From contig JAEEMI010000019.1 in NCBI GenBank assembly GCA_016283155.1, positions 64,093 through 128,092 on the forward strand: a DNA stretch of 64,000 nucleotides, read 5' to 3'. Positions 62,726 to 64,000 of this stretch are shown here, piece after piece (position 1 is the stretch's first letter; each line of letters starts with the position of its first letter). This stretch comes from Clostridia bacterium (lineage in GTDB: Bacteria; Bacillota; Clostridia; Christensenellales; UBA1242). The notes beneath the pieces are model-generated. The model saw only the letters and a program-made list of their open reading frames with translations, made no database searches and was not told the DNA's origin. The position numbers and the translations under genes are program-made.

Positions 62726-63079
62726 TTATGCCAAATTTTTCTTGGCAACTTCTACTAAAGCAGTAAAAGCTGCAGCATCATTAATTGCCATTTCTGACAA
62801 CATTTTACGGTTAATATCAATGTTAGCCTTTTTCAAACCATCCATTAAACGACTGTATGTAATATCATTTTGACGTGCGGCGGCGTTGATACGCGCAATC
62901 CATAATTTACGGAAATCACGTTTTTTCAAACGACGACCAACATAAGCATATTGACCAGATTTCATTACTTGTTCACGGGCAACACGATACAAATTTGATT
63001 TAGTACCACGATAACCTTTAGCAAGTTTTAACGTCTTACGGCGTTTCTTCAAAGCATTAACACTACGTTTAATTCTCAT
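62726..63079 (-). CDS. rplT: 50S ribosomal protein L20
   Basis: [15 protein letters not shown]...AKGYRG...[19 protein letters not shown]. Confidence 0.97.
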   Translation of the reverse strand: MRIKRSVNALKKRRKTLKLAKGYRGTKSNLYRVAREQVMKSGQYAYVGRRLKKRDFRKLWIARINAAARQNDITYSRLMDGLKKANIDINRKMLSEMAINDAAAFTALVEVAKKNLA

Positions 63080-63267
63080 TTTTGAATTAACCTCCTAATT
63101 GTTTTTTCGTTCGCACTATCAACAGTTGCACCGTGACGTAATTTACGTTTACGTTCACGTTTCTTTTTGTTTAAGATGTGATTTTTGTTTTTCATAGTAC
63201 GTTTAACGTCATTTTTACGGGCATTAAATCTTTTTTTTGCACCGCTATGCGTCTTCATCTTGGGCAT
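63076..63267 (-). CDS. rpmI: 50S ribosomal protein L35
   Basis: [23 protein letters not shown] lies 7 nt upstream of the ATG at 63267. Confidence 0.95.
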   Translation of the reverse strand: MPKMKTHSGAKKRFNARKNDVKRTMKNKNHILNKKKRERKRKLRHGATVDSANEKTIRRLIQK

Positions 63268-63281
63268 AATCATTCTCTCCT

Positions 63282-63821
63282 TTATTTCTTTTTCTTCGGC
63301 GCTAACATTGTCATAATATTAATGTTACGTCCTGGAACACCAGATTTTGCAACTGGCGCTTCGATGTCGGCAATGTCTAACATTCTTTCGGCGAATTGTG
63401 ACACCACAGCAACACCCTTGTCAGCTAATTGAGTTTTTCGTCCACGAAGTCGATTAATACAAACTTTAACCTTATCGCCGTCCATAATAAATTCACGGGC
63501 TTTGTTTAGTTTGAATGCAATTTCGTTTTCTTGAATACCGATTGATAATTGGACCTCTTTAATATCAACCATATTTTTACGTTGTTCTTTACGTTGAGTT
63601 TTCTCTTTTTTGATTTGTTCGTAACGGAACTTTGAATAGTCAATAATTTTTGCAACAGGTGGTTTTGAAGTTTCAGTAATCAAAACTAAATCCATCCCTG
63701 CTTCATCTGCCAATTTCAATGCCTGTGCCAAAGTGATGATTCCAATCATTTCATTATTCACCCCAATGACCCTTAATTCCGGACAAGAAATTTCGCTGTT
63801 AATTTTCAATTCTTTAAAAAT
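63282..63821 (-). CDS. infC: translation initiation factor IF-3, probable AUU start
   Basis: INSEI...ELRVIG, the DLVLI...PVAKIIDYSKFRYE linker, and the C-domain. An in-frame ATT at 63821 lies 9 nt after GGAGG. An in-frame TAA at 63830..63828 closes the frame upstream. A TTG at 63809 is the alternative. Confidence 0.9.
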   Translation of the reverse strand: MFKELKINSEISCPELRVIGVNNEMIGIITLAQALKLADEAGMDLVLITETSKPPVAKIIDYSKFRYEQIKKEKTQRKEQRKNMVDIKEVQLSIGIQENEIAFKLNKAREFIMDGDKVKVCINRLRGRKTQLADKGVAVVSQFAERMLDIADIEAPVAKSGVPGRNINIMTMLAPKKKK

Positions 63822-63975
63822 GTTAAATTACCTCCTTATAATGAAAAAAGAAGTGTTGATAACCACTTCTTAATACATTCCACAAAAAAATTTTGGGGGT
63901 AATTTTTTTGTTCGACCTTCCCGCACAAATAATCGGCAAGTAAGGTGAGAAATGGTTATTTCTTCTTTTTTTCAA
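63822..63975 (-). promoter_or_regulatory. infC-rpmI-rplT leader with terminator/antiterminator (L20-leader-type attenuator)
   Basis: Terminator AAGAAGUG-GUUAUCAA-CACUUCUU followed by U6 (63843..63871) immediately 5' of the SD. Upstream AUAACCAUUUCU (63948..63959) is complementary to AGAAGUGGUUAU in the terminator 5' arm and loop. Extended -10 TGATATAAT at 63981..63989. Confidence 0.6.
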
Positions 63976-64000
63976 TTATGATTATATCATATAACAACCA

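Noticed and set aside
1-64000. A CRISPR array or other multi-copy repeat array.
   Set aside because: Reading through the intergenic regions found no repeat-spacer periodicity. The only clear DNA repeat is the two-copy 57-bp direct repeat at 7861 and 9031.
1-64000. An alternative genetic code (TGA read as Trp, Mollicutes-like), considered because of the very low GC content.
   Set aside because: TGA terminates well-defined genes at the expected length, such as the ABC exporter at 17185-17187 and dapA at 59492-59494. All conserved genes are intact under the standard code.

Overview
This is a low-GC, standard-code (TGA is used as a stop) chromosomal segment. It looks like an endospore-forming Bacillota genome with a reduced gene set, because many proteins are shorter than their textbook homologues.

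Most of the window is densely packed housekeeping genes:
- Chaperone, GTPases and repair: a 5'-partial Hsp100/Clp ATPase, obg, ogg, era, ybeY.
- tRNA genes: single tRNA-Tyr, tRNA-fMet and tRNA-Asp genes.
- Translation and tRNA modification: tyrS-proS, alaS, tsaD, prfB, thiI, queA, and infC-rpmI-rplT with an L20-type leader.
- Transport and envelope: a CaCA exchanger, a heterodimeric ABC exporter, an ABC-2 pair, lgt, secDF.
- Replication and recombination: pcrA, a dnaB/dnaD-like gene with a dnaI-like gene, ruvC, yebC.
- Metabolism: SOD, M29 aminopeptidase, glyA, dapA.
- A sporulation block: spoIIGA-sigE-floA-yqfC-yqfD.

The parts that are not ordinary are:
1. A Fic/Doc-like gene next to tRNA-fMet, bracketed by ~57-bp direct repeats that each carry a terminator. 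It is followed by orphan genes with a different Arg-codon preference.
2. An operon after obg that encodes a membrane protein, a cGAS/CD-NTase-fold protein with a degenerate catalytic triad, and an Ogg glycosylase.
3. A NifS-like/IscU-like pair in which the persulfide Cys and all three scaffold Cys ligands are replaced.
4. A Cdd-like protein that lacks its Zn ligands.
5. A solitary mazF with no room for an antitoxin.
6. A membrane-tethered PadR coupled to a degenerate ABC ATPase with no permease.
7. An AlaRS that ends straight after the editing domain, followed by an unannotated 23-codon ORF with a perfect SD.
8. A recurrent promoter geometry that places the -10 box about 7 nt from the ATG of operon-first genes, suggesting leaderless mRNAs.

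All calls rest on motif recognition and reading the sequence. No database search or computation was run.
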